In this document: positions 10,255-18,547 of the stretch, in pieces
Numbering within the stretch: position 1 is the stretch's first letter
Layout: every line of letters starts with the position of its first letter
Assembly: GCA_900128585.1 (NCBI GenBank)
Contig: LT642202.1
Span: 1-34,739, forward strand
Source of the DNA: Stramenopiles sp. TOSAG23-3
Taxonomy: Eukaryota
Reading direction: 5' to 3'
Length of the DNA stretch: 34,739 nt
Translations under genes and position numbers: made by a program
The notes under the pieces: generated by a model
Seen by the model: only the letters and a program-made list of their open reading frames with translations
Database searches by the model: none
What the model was told of the DNA's origin: nothing

Positions 10255-10624
10255 AAAACGTTATGTTTTTTGGAGGAGCACTGTGGTGAAGAAAAAATGA
10301 ATCTCTGCTCCTCCTAAAAAGTAAAAATGGCATCGAAGTAAGTTACGAGCAACGAAAAGTGTTGGCTTGATTAAATTCTAAAAAATTAACCTTAATATAA
10401 AATAAAAATATAATTGACTAAGTTTTTTAGGAATCTTGGATTGATTACAAACAAAATCCTTTACTGGCACAAGATACAAGTACCGCAGAGTGTCCTTGGT
10501 GTACGAATTAAAAATTTTTTTTCAGGAACACCATTTTACGAGAAGACGACGACAATTTTTTGGGTGATTAACCCCCGACAAGCTTTAATACAAATATGTT
10601 ACGGAAGAGAGCGCCACAAGGCCT

Positions 10625-11719
10625 TTATTTGGCCTTGCTCTTGGAACCTTCACCGTAGTGTGGAATCCGACGATTTCGAAAATTGTCCCGAACTTCAAAT
10701 GATCCTATATCATTGGCTTTTGCTATCTCATCCAACTGTGACAAATACATTTCATACTGATCGTCCGACTCAACAAACCACGGTATTATTACAGACGTTG
10801 ACTTCGAGAGTTGGGGCACATACAGCCTGGCAAGGGGCAGCTCCTCTATCGAGCATTTCAGCATATGCAACTCCCTAAAATTTATCGACTTTCGCATGGC
10901 CAACAGCCTCACTGCTCCACTAAACGTCGCCTGGTCTTTATAGAACCCTAAGTGCTTGGAAGTGTTTTCTACACCACGCTTCACACGCATACATACTATC
11001 CATAGCCGTTCGGTATCCCCTTTTAGCCACGTAGTCAATCTCTGCCACAGTTCATGAAACGACATTTGGCTACTCAACACTGACGCCACGTACAGGAGCG
11101 CACTGCCAAACAACCTTTTGTCTTTGTAGCTCTTAAACGTATTCAAGCACGCCAAGCCTTCCTCCGTTGACAACAACCACCCCAATCGCGGGAATTTGAC
11201 TTTTCGTTTTGAGCCACCGCGTCTCTTCCCTGTCGCCTGGTCCATATTATGAGTCCGAGTCCAGTGGGTACCAATCTCGTGGTCCAACAAGGACACTAAA
11301 CGTTGGCGTCGATAATACCCTTTCCGTTTTATGAAGGTGACAGTGCTGCCACTACAGTTTGTTACAAATGCATCCATGCTCCATTTTATGTTTAACGCAT
11401 TTTCCAACTTTGGGTTTTGGGCAGCGTAGTCTCGAATCATTTTGTCGGCCTCCTGAAACTCCACTTTCGGGCCCCACACCTTTTCGTGGTAGTCTCGCTC
11501 GTCTTTGTAGTCTTGCGACACCAAGTCCAAAATTTTCAGGGCCCGGTCCAAATATTCGTCAGACAACATGCCATCATATTTTCCTCGGAAATCACGGACG
11601 GCCTTCGTATTGGAATATTGAAAGTGCGGGTTGTACACTTCCCCCGCTTCTAGGGCAGAAAGAAACTTTTCCCGCTCGGCTTCTACGTTTATCGGTACGA
11701 GAGTGGACAAGCGTACCAT
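10625..11719 (-). CDS. MATCAP: MATCAP/KIAA0895-family (DUF1704) microtubule-associated tyrosine carboxypeptidase-like zinc metalloprotease
   Basis: 364 aa. PINVEAEREKF...YNPHFQY, the HExxxH zinc motif HEIGTH (11264-11281), TEEGLA, ALLY, MSFHELWQRL, and CMRVKRG...FYKDQATFSG match the family motifs in order. Confidence 0.88.
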   Translation of the reverse strand: MVRLSTLVPINVEAEREKFLSALEAGEVYNPHFQYSNTKAVRDFRGKYDGMLSDEYLDRALKILDLVSQDYKDERDYHEKVWGPKVEFQEADKMIRDYAAQNPKLENALNIKWSMDAFVTNCSGSTVTFIKRKGYYRRQRLVSLLDHEIGTHWTRTHNMDQATGKRRGGSKRKVKFPRLGWLLSTEEGLACLNTFKSYKDKRLFGSALLYVASVLSSQMSFHELWQRLTTWLKGDTERLWIVCMRVKRGVENTSKHLGFYKDQATFSGAVRLLAMRKSINFRELHMLKCSIEELPLARLYVPQLSKSTSVIIPWFVESDDQYEMYLSQLDEIAKANDIGSFEVRDNFRNRRIPHYGEGSKSKAK

Positions 11720-12243
11720 GACAGGTCGACGGTGAAGAAAACAATGTCGATAAAAATTGCCCGTCGCGCTTCAAATAAAGATATTTTCTTTGCAGCTGTT
11801 TGTCTTTCGTTCCGTTTGTTTGCCCCTCTTTGTTTATACCGTTCGTTGATAATTTAGTTAGTTTCGAATGGGCTCGTCTGGTCTTCTGCTTTCGCTAAAT
11901 AAGAGAGGAGTTCTTCTTGCTCTTCTTCTTCTTCTTCTTTTCTTCTTTTCTTCTTCTTCTTCGTTGATATATGCTGTGTTTATATTATTGTTGTTGAGAT
12001 TAGATGATGAGGAGTGTTCTTTATATTGTATTATTATATTAGAGATCATCCTATCCGTTGCTATTTCCTTTCTAATATTAATTTTTTGCCTTCTTCTTTG
12101 TTTAATTTTTTCTGTTGCATATTGTATAGCTGTAGTATTAAGTAAGTATGAAACTGACGGAAGATGTAGTCAAACAAAGAAGAAGAAAAAATATAAGTAT
12201 TTGATTTAGTATTCTAGTATAAATATTATAGGGAATTTTTAAT

Positions 12244-12301
12244 AGAAGAAGAAGAAGAAGAAGAAGAAGAAGAAGAAGAAGAAGAAGAAGAAGAAGAAGA
12301 A
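12244..12301. repeat. Perfect (GAA)n trinucleotide microsatellite
   Basis: About 19 uninterrupted aga/gaa units. Confidence 0.95.
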
Positions 12302-12451
12302 AATTGACAAAAAAATAATGCCAGGATGATGAATGAACGATGCGCCTTGTTTGTTTGCTATAGTGGTATAATAATAGTATTAAATAATGATTTACCTTTT
12401 ATTATCATTTTTACTCATGGGTCGCCCACGTCCTCTCCGCTCCCTTCAGCC

Positions 12452-14185
12452 CTAATCTCCGTTTGCCATTGGGGGAGGGAGGACATTTGTTCTGAATAAT
12501 TCCATCTCTTCGTCGTTTAACAAGCAACTATTCATAGTATCTCTGATCGCGGGTTCATCCATATCGATGCCAATGAAGACGATTTCCTGTCTGCAATCGC
12601 CGTAATCTCCCTTCATGTCGCTCTGTATATGGCCCGGCAAATCGGCGCTCGGCCAATGTTCCTTCGGGACGCAAGCCCACCAAGGGCCCGTAGCTCGCAT
12701 TTCAAAGCTGCCGCCAGCATGGCTCCAATAGAAACACAAGGTGGGGTTTGAGGAGTACCATACGAAGCCTTTAGAGCGGACCACCTTTTGTAGCGGGCTC
12801 GAGCTGTCCACAGCACTTTCCTCCACGCCTGTTATGTTCAACCCTTTGAGAGTCTTGCTCAATCGCCCATGCTCGAATGGGCGACGGGCACTGTAAACAA
12901 AGCTAGATATACCAAAACGGTCTTTGTGGCGCGCTTCTTTATGGTCGTGGTTACACGTTTCGTCGTGAACGTGGTGATCGTGCTCATGACTATGCCCGTG
13001 GCCATGCTTTGCGTGCTCATGACTATGCCCGTGGTCGTGCTTTTCGTGCTCATGACTATGTGCGTCGTCGTGCTTTTCGTGCCCATGACTATGTGCGTGG
13101 TCGTGCGTTCCGTGCCCATGACTATGTGCGTGGTCGTGCGTTTCATGCTCATGACTATGCCCGTGATCGTGTTGGTCGTGTGTATGATTATGCCCGTGGC
13201 TTTCGTTGTCCCCATTGCCATCGTGCGAGTGTGAGTGTGCGCCGTGATCGTGCTTTTCGTCAGCATGTTCGACCTTCTGCTTCTTCAGTGCATTAGCTTT
13301 TGCCTCTTCAATTTCTTCCTCGATTCCCTTGAACGCGGCGGTAAGCTGGTACTTTTCGTATTTTCTTAATACATCCGTCGTGGCTACTTGGCCGAAGGAC
13401 GTGGGAACAAGTTTTGCTGTTCCGTTCAAAGTACCTACCAGTGCCTTGAGATATTGCAGTTTTTCATCGTCAATGAGATCGGTCTTGTTGATCACAATGA
13501 CATCGGCGGTTTCCACCTGCTCCACTAACAACTTTACAACTGGCGTGTAAGCTGAATCGGCAGCCCCAGCTTCACGAAACGATCCCAAGTCCGGACGTTG
13601 CTGCATCACATCTTTCGATTTGTACTGTTTCATGAAATCTACACTATCCAGCACAGTGACCATATTATTCAAAGACACGCGGTCCATAACGTAGTGCCCT
13701 TCGTCTATCAAGTCTTGGAACGTGTCCCGCACACCTTTCGGCTCCGCGACCCCGCTCGACTCGATGACGATGAAATCGTACACGTCCCCGCGCATGTCCG
13801 CCAGCTGCAACAAATCATCAATCGTCTGAACAAGTTCTTCTGATACACTGCAGCAAACGCAGCCGTTCTGTAGTTCAACCGTGTCGGGGTTCAACGACTG
13901 CACCGTCGTCTTGTCCGCTTCCTCGGCACCAGCTCCCGTTGTGGCACTATGCTGATTTCGCACCAGTTTTGCGTCTATGTTGACCGAGGCTACATCGTTT
14001 ACCACACATCCAATCTTTAAGCCCGCCTTGTTTTCCAAAATGTGCTTGAGCATTGTAGTCTTGCCTGCACCTAAAAATCCACTCAAAAGGGTCACTGGTG
14101 TAGGCGGGCGCTCCTCCTCACCAACGTCCAAGGTGACTTCCTGGTGTTCCAGCCCAGCTTCTCGCGCTCGCTTTGGAGAGTCCAT
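12452..14185 (-). CDS. COG0523 (CobW/ZNG1-family) G3E P-loop GTPase metal chaperone with a very long His-rich insertion
   Basis: PVTLLSGFLGAGKTT (Walker A), VVNDVASVNIDA, NGCVCC (CxCC), IESSGVAEP (Walker B) and NKTD (G4), then a His-rich tract and a CobW_C domain (GISSFVYSARRPF, VRSKGFVW, YGDCRQEIVFIG). Confidence 0.95.
   Translation of the reverse strand: MDSPKRAREAGLEHQEVTLDVGEEERPPTPVTLLSGFLGAGKTTMLKHILENKAGLKIGCVVNDVASVNIDAKLVRNQHSATTGAGAEEADKTTVQSLNPDTVELQNGCVCCSVSEELVQTIDDLLQLADMRGDVYDFIVIESSGVAEPKGVRDTFQDLIDEGHYVMDRVSLNNMVTVLDSVDFMKQYKSKDVMQQRPDLGSFREAGAADSAYTPVVKLLVEQVETADVIVINKTDLIDDEKLQYLKALVGTLNGTAKLVPTSFGQVATTDVLRKYEKYQLTAAFKGIEEEIEEAKANALKKQKVEHADEKHDHGAHSHSHDGNGDNESHGHNHTHDQHDHGHSHEHETHDHAHSHGHGTHDHAHSHGHEKHDDAHSHEHEKHDHGHSHEHAKHGHGHSHEHDHHVHDETCNHDHKEARHKDRFGISSFVYSARRPFEHGRLSKTLKGLNITGVEESAVDSSSPLQKVVRSKGFVWYSSNPTLCFYWSHAGGSFEMRATGPWWACVPKEHWPSADLPGHIQSDMKGDYGDCRQEIVFIGIDMDEPAIRDTMNSCLLNDEEMELFRTNVLPPPMANGD
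12979..13176 (-). repeat. Coding tandem repeat of six 33-bp units encoding HDH(G/A)HSH(E/G)Hxx
   Basis: The core catgactatg recurs at 12985, 13018, 13051, 13084, 13117 and 13150. Confidence 0.92.
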
Positions 14186-14580
14186 TTTTTTGTGTGTGTG
14201 GTGTGTCGTGGTTGGTCGATCTCCTCGCTTACCGTGGTGCCCGTTAAGTTGGTTTTTTATGCAATGTGCTTAGAGATTGGACTTGGTTTTCCCTCCTTTG
14301 CGCTTTTGTCCTTTTCGTTTAATCTTTTGGAATTTGGAATTTGAATTAATTCTACTTCTTCTTCTTTTTTTTCAACAACCAACAACAACAACAACAACGA
14401 CAAAAAAAACAAAAACAAAAAAAGGACGACTCCCTTCTTTACATTAAGGGTTGTTATATATTATAGAATAACATGTTTATATTATCTATATCATTATTTT
14501 ATATATTAATTTATATAATACCTTAAGTATAGAACCAACATCAAAGTGATTTGGGCCATCAATTATTCTCATCATAATAT

Positions 14581-14707
14581 TTTCTTTCTTCTTTTTTTCT
14601 TTTTCTTCCTTCTTCTTCTTCCTTCTTCTTCTTCTTCTTCTTCTTCTTTCTTCTTCTTCTTCTTCTTCCTTTTCTTCTTCTTCTTCTTCTTCTTCTTCTT
14701 CTTCTTC
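14581..14707. repeat. (TTC)n microsatellite
   Basis: About 125 bp of near-pure ttc repeats between the two COG0523 genes. Confidence 0.92.
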
Positions 14708-14956
14708 GATCATCTATCTCATCTCTCATCATCACATCAGATCATATCACAGCAGCTCACAGAGCCAATTGAGCGTCCGGTGGTGAAATAATAAATAACA
14801 TGAACAAACCATTGATAAACAACTATCATCAAATTGAATGCTGTATCCCTGGTAATATACCCTGCGTATTGATCCCCACCCTACCAGCTGTATTATTTCC
14901 TTGGAGAAATTATCGTCGTAATACTGTAACATAACTCTCTAGTTAAAATGTAAGCG

Positions 14957-17863
14957 TTAGTGATCATTGCACGTTTCGTCCTGGCATGTTTCGTCTTTGC
15001 ACGATTCACCATGTTCATGTTCATGGTCGTGATCGTGATCGTGTTCATGCGCAGCACTATTCGTGGCGTCCTCCCAGGACGCTGCAAACGGGTCAACGTA
15101 CAAACTCCAGGCAGCTTGGCCTTCCGCGTACTCTTCTTCTGTGAGAACGCACGCTTCCAATGCCGATGTCACAGCTGCAATGTCCATTTCTTGCCCAATC
15201 ATCACCATCTCTTGCTGTCTGTCCCCGTACGGCTCATGCCACAAAGGTTTTATTGCTTCCTCTAGCCCCTCGGGCCACTGGTCTTTCTCAACTGTGGCCC
15301 ACCACAGAGGACCGGGAACAAGGGTGCAGCTTTGCCCAGCATGGGCAAAGACACCTTGTGCGTCGTGATGGGTTGCCAGCCAGACAAAGCCTTTTGCGCG
15401 GAGCAGCTTCGAGTACGGGGGCTTGTGCGTGGCCATCAATTCGAAAGCACTGTGCAGCCTTCCAGGGTGCATTGGCCGGAGAGAGCGAAATGTGAACGAA
15501 TGGATACCATACTCAACCGTCTCTGGCACATGTTCTCCAACCCGTGCTTCCTTCAGCCACTCCTCGTGCTCTGCCGCTTCTTCCATCGAAAACCGTTTTG
15601 TGCCGAGCAGTTTTGCTGGGTCCACAACACCCTTAGTCGATTCTATAATCTCGGCGTTGGGGTTAAACTTTCGCAGCAAAGCTTTCACAGTGCCTTTCTC
15701 CTTCTCGTCGATGAGATCGCACTTATTCAGAACGATCACGTTTGCAAATTCAACTTGGTCGCAAAGTAAGTGGGCAATCGTCCGCTGGTCTTCTGGGGCG
15801 GCATGCCAGCCTCTGCTGCGCAGCGACTCCAGCGTTTGCAGCTCGCGCATGAACGATGCCCCGTCGACGACTGTGACAAGGGTGTCCAGTGCTGCAACAT
15901 CGGATAAGGTCACACCAGTGTCGTCCTTGAACGTAAAGGTCTCCGCAACCGGCAGCGGCTCCGAAATACCGCTCGATTCGATGATCAAGTAGTCAAATCG
16001 CTGCTCCGCGGCAAGTTTTGCGACTTCCTGCAACAGGTCCTCCCGCAAGGTGCAGCATATGCACCCGTTGGACAGCTCGACCATGCTTTCCTCCCGTTGC
16101 TTCAAGGACCCACCGTTTTGCAGTAGGGCGGCGTCAATGTTAACTGCGCCCATGTCGTTGACAATAATCGCCACGCGCAACCCTTGCCGATTTTGTAGCA
16201 CGTGCGTCAGCATTGTTGTCTTGCCTGCCCCTAAGAAGCCAGACAAGACCGTCACTGGCAGCAGTTTTTGCGCTTCTCCCGGCGCCCCTGCCTCGGAATT
16301 GTTAAGGGTCGACATCTCTTTGATCTTCCGCACCAACGCCATCATGTCGGTTGACGACGACGACTTCGTTTCCACTCTATGGTCGCTCTCTTCGTCGGGG
16401 TATGGCACCAACGCCATGCCACCCAACGTGGCAGTAAACTCCTGCCCAAACACCCCGCCCCATTTTACGGGGAGAACGTTTGCGCTGGCACCGGCTTGCA
16501 GCGCAAATGCTGCCGACCGCAGCGCTGCAATCGTGGCCTCGTCGTTGGTTTGTTTTAGCGCTTCGGCGGCGCGGGAAAAGGTGTACCAATCGTAACTGTC
16601 CTCTTCGTCTTCCATGTCGGCATCTTCAAGCGGGCCGTCGGGGGGAGGGTGAACCGCGTACAGAAAGTACAAAGTTACGACTGTTGCCCTGCCGCCTGGC
16701 ATGTAAATTTTGACAGGGGGTAGATGGGGGAGTGTCAACACTTCGGTTTTGCCATCTATCGTGCAGAACTTGCTAACGCTCCGCACGGCACAGTCCTGCA
16801 CCCCCTCGTCAGCGCTGGCGTTACGCTCCACCGATGGCACGCGCAACCCTTTCCACTGTTCTTTCAAGGACCGGCAGAGTACACACCGATTCCCACGAAG
16901 GATCAGGCCACCAATCTCTTGGGCGCAGTCCTCAACGGCAATTTTCAATGGGGTGGTAGCCTCGTCTTCGACCTCCTCCGGGTCCTCGTGCAGCGTTTCG
17001 GTGACATTGCTGGTCACCTGCCGGTGAAATTTCGTGTCTGGGTCCATCTCAAAGCTTAATTCAGAAAAAAACACACTACGTCCCACGGTGTCGAACCTCT
17101 CCGCGTCGTAGGAAACGTTGTCGTCGCCCTTCGAAAGTTCGCCTTCCCCGACGCTCCTCCGCATGGCCAACGGGAGCAAAACGGCGCAGTTTTCCCTCGT
17201 GACGTGCTCCCATTTGACGGACTCTCCTTTTGGGAAATAATGGCGCAAAATTGGGTCTCGCCTCTGCTGTTCTTTTTCATTCGGGTACGCGATGCTCAAC
17301 TCGATGTCTTTCAGCCTAGTGAGCGACTGGTTACCCATCTGCTTGTTAATGAAGATTGAGCGAATCGTTGGGTGGAGCATGATGATTCGCTTGACGTGCT
17401 GAAACCCGAGGGCCCGTGGGTCGCCGCCCCCCACAAGCTTCACGGCAAACTCGCAGCACGCTCCACGTGTCACCACGGCGCAACCCCTCAGTTGGAGCCT
17501 ATCGAGAAAGCGGACCACGGGCTTTTCCATTCGCTTACCGAATTGTGGAAGCGTGGCCTCGTCTTGGAGTATGTCCTTGTCCTGCTCGTCGGAGTCTCTC
17601 AAAACGAGCAATGCGGTTAAATCAACGACAAGGACGGTCGAGAACTCGATCGGGTCGCTGTCTTCAAACAATATATTCTGCGCCAACCCCGACAGAATTC
17701 GCATAGGATTGCACTTCTCCGGATTCTCATGCTCAAGTATTATCAGCGCATCTTCAAAGTACCTCGATGGCTTGTAGGGGGCGTACCCCTTTGTCGCAGT
17801 CCACGCACGCACGCACGTCCACTCCTTCTGCTCTTCTTTCGATATCCGTGCCTTTCGTGACAT
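14957..17863 (-). CDS. Fusion protein: degenerate alpha/beta-hydrolase-like + Nudix-like domains + COG0523 (YciC/ZagA-like) GTPase + His/Cys tail
   Basis: The C-terminal half has PVTVLSGFLGAGKTT, NGCICCTLREDL, IESSGISEPLPVAETF, NKCD, HVPETVEYGIHSF, RAKGFVW and EPYGDRQQE. The N-terminal ~530 aa are non-GTPase domains. The first ATG is at 17863 (MSRKAR); the ORF-track start at 17971 is non-ATG. Confidence 0.9.
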   Translation of the reverse strand: MSRKARISKEEQKEWTCVRAWTATKGYAPYKPSRYFEDALIILEHENPEKCNPMRILSGLAQNILFEDSDPIEFSTVLVVDLTALLVLRDSDEQDKDILQDEATLPQFGKRMEKPVVRFLDRLQLRGCAVVTRGACCEFAVKLVGGGDPRALGFQHVKRIIMLHPTIRSIFINKQMGNQSLTRLKDIELSIAYPNEKEQQRRDPILRHYFPKGESVKWEHVTRENCAVLLPLAMRRSVGEGELSKGDDNVSYDAERFDTVGRSVFFSELSFEMDPDTKFHRQVTSNVTETLHEDPEEVEDEATTPLKIAVEDCAQEIGGLILRGNRCVLCRSLKEQWKGLRVPSVERNASADEGVQDCAVRSVSKFCTIDGKTEVLTLPHLPPVKIYMPGGRATVVTLYFLYAVHPPPDGPLEDADMEDEEDSYDWYTFSRAAEALKQTNDEATIAALRSAAFALQAGASANVLPVKWGGVFGQEFTATLGGMALVPYPDEESDHRVETKSSSSTDMMALVRKIKEMSTLNNSEAGAPGEAQKLLPVTVLSGFLGAGKTTMLTHVLQNRQGLRVAIIVNDMGAVNIDAALLQNGGSLKQREESMVELSNGCICCTLREDLLQEVAKLAAEQRFDYLIIESSGISEPLPVAETFTFKDDTGVTLSDVAALDTLVTVVDGASFMRELQTLESLRSRGWHAAPEDQRTIAHLLCDQVEFANVIVLNKCDLIDEKEKGTVKALLRKFNPNAEIIESTKGVVDPAKLLGTKRFSMEEAAEHEEWLKEARVGEHVPETVEYGIHSFTFRSLRPMHPGRLHSAFELMATHKPPYSKLLRAKGFVWLATHHDAQGVFAHAGQSCTLVPGPLWWATVEKDQWPEGLEEAIKPLWHEPYGDRQQEMVMIGQEMDIAAVTSALEACVLTEEEYAEGQAAWSLYVDPFAASWEDATNSAAHEHDHDHDHEHEHGESCKDETCQDETCNDH

Positions 17864-18547
17864 GCTTGCTTGGCTGTCGTCTGTAGTATCCTGTCGTCGA
17901 AAAGAACTTTCGGGCAGCAACCTTTCTAGTTTTAGTTTTAGTTTTCGTACAGCGATGCAGTCACAAAGCAAATTCGCACGAGTCTAGCTGTCGTCCTACA
18001 CAAATCTGAACGTAAGAAAATATCAATGGTTAACACAGAACAATTTACAAATATGCCATCATCCACATCATGTATGTAGTATCTTTTTTTTTTCCTCTTT
18101 CTTTCTTCTTCTCATATTATTTTATTATAGAGGAGAGTAGTAGAGGGAGAAGAGGAGAGAAAAGAAGTAAGAAGTATATTTATAATAATAATAAAAGAAG
18201 AAGAAAAAAGGGGAAGAAGAGTTATTTAGTTATAGTAATAATAATAATAGGAAGAAGAAAGAAGAAAGAAGAAAGAAGAAGAACGCAAAAAAAGGATAAA
18301 AAAAAAAAGGTCAATAATATTAATTATTTTGTATTAAAAAATGGTCAGATTAAGGATTTAAAAGTATTAATAATTATATATGCTATTTGTATGTAACTAT
18401 AGATCATATTTCATAATATTATTAACCACTGGTACCATTAGCAACCTCATTCATCATCCGAAAAAATAAGTTCCGAAGAAGAATACTTGGTTGGTATGAA
18501 TTTAATACACATCGATAATTGTTCGTGCGTAGGAATGCACGCTTCCG

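Noticed and set aside
12979-13176. Regularly spaced repeats that could be taken for a CRISPR array
   Set aside because: Contiguous 33-bp in-frame coding units with no unique spacers, no cas genes, and a eukaryotic context.
12869-13296. Repetitive antisense ORFs (MTMPVVV..., RAHDY...)
   Set aside because: Other reading frames of the His-repeat tract.
12452-17863. Bacterial contamination or recent HGT as the source of the CobW-like genes
   Set aside because: They sit among clearly eukaryotic genes with the same spacer and microsatellite style; an ancient transfer cannot be excluded without phylogeny.
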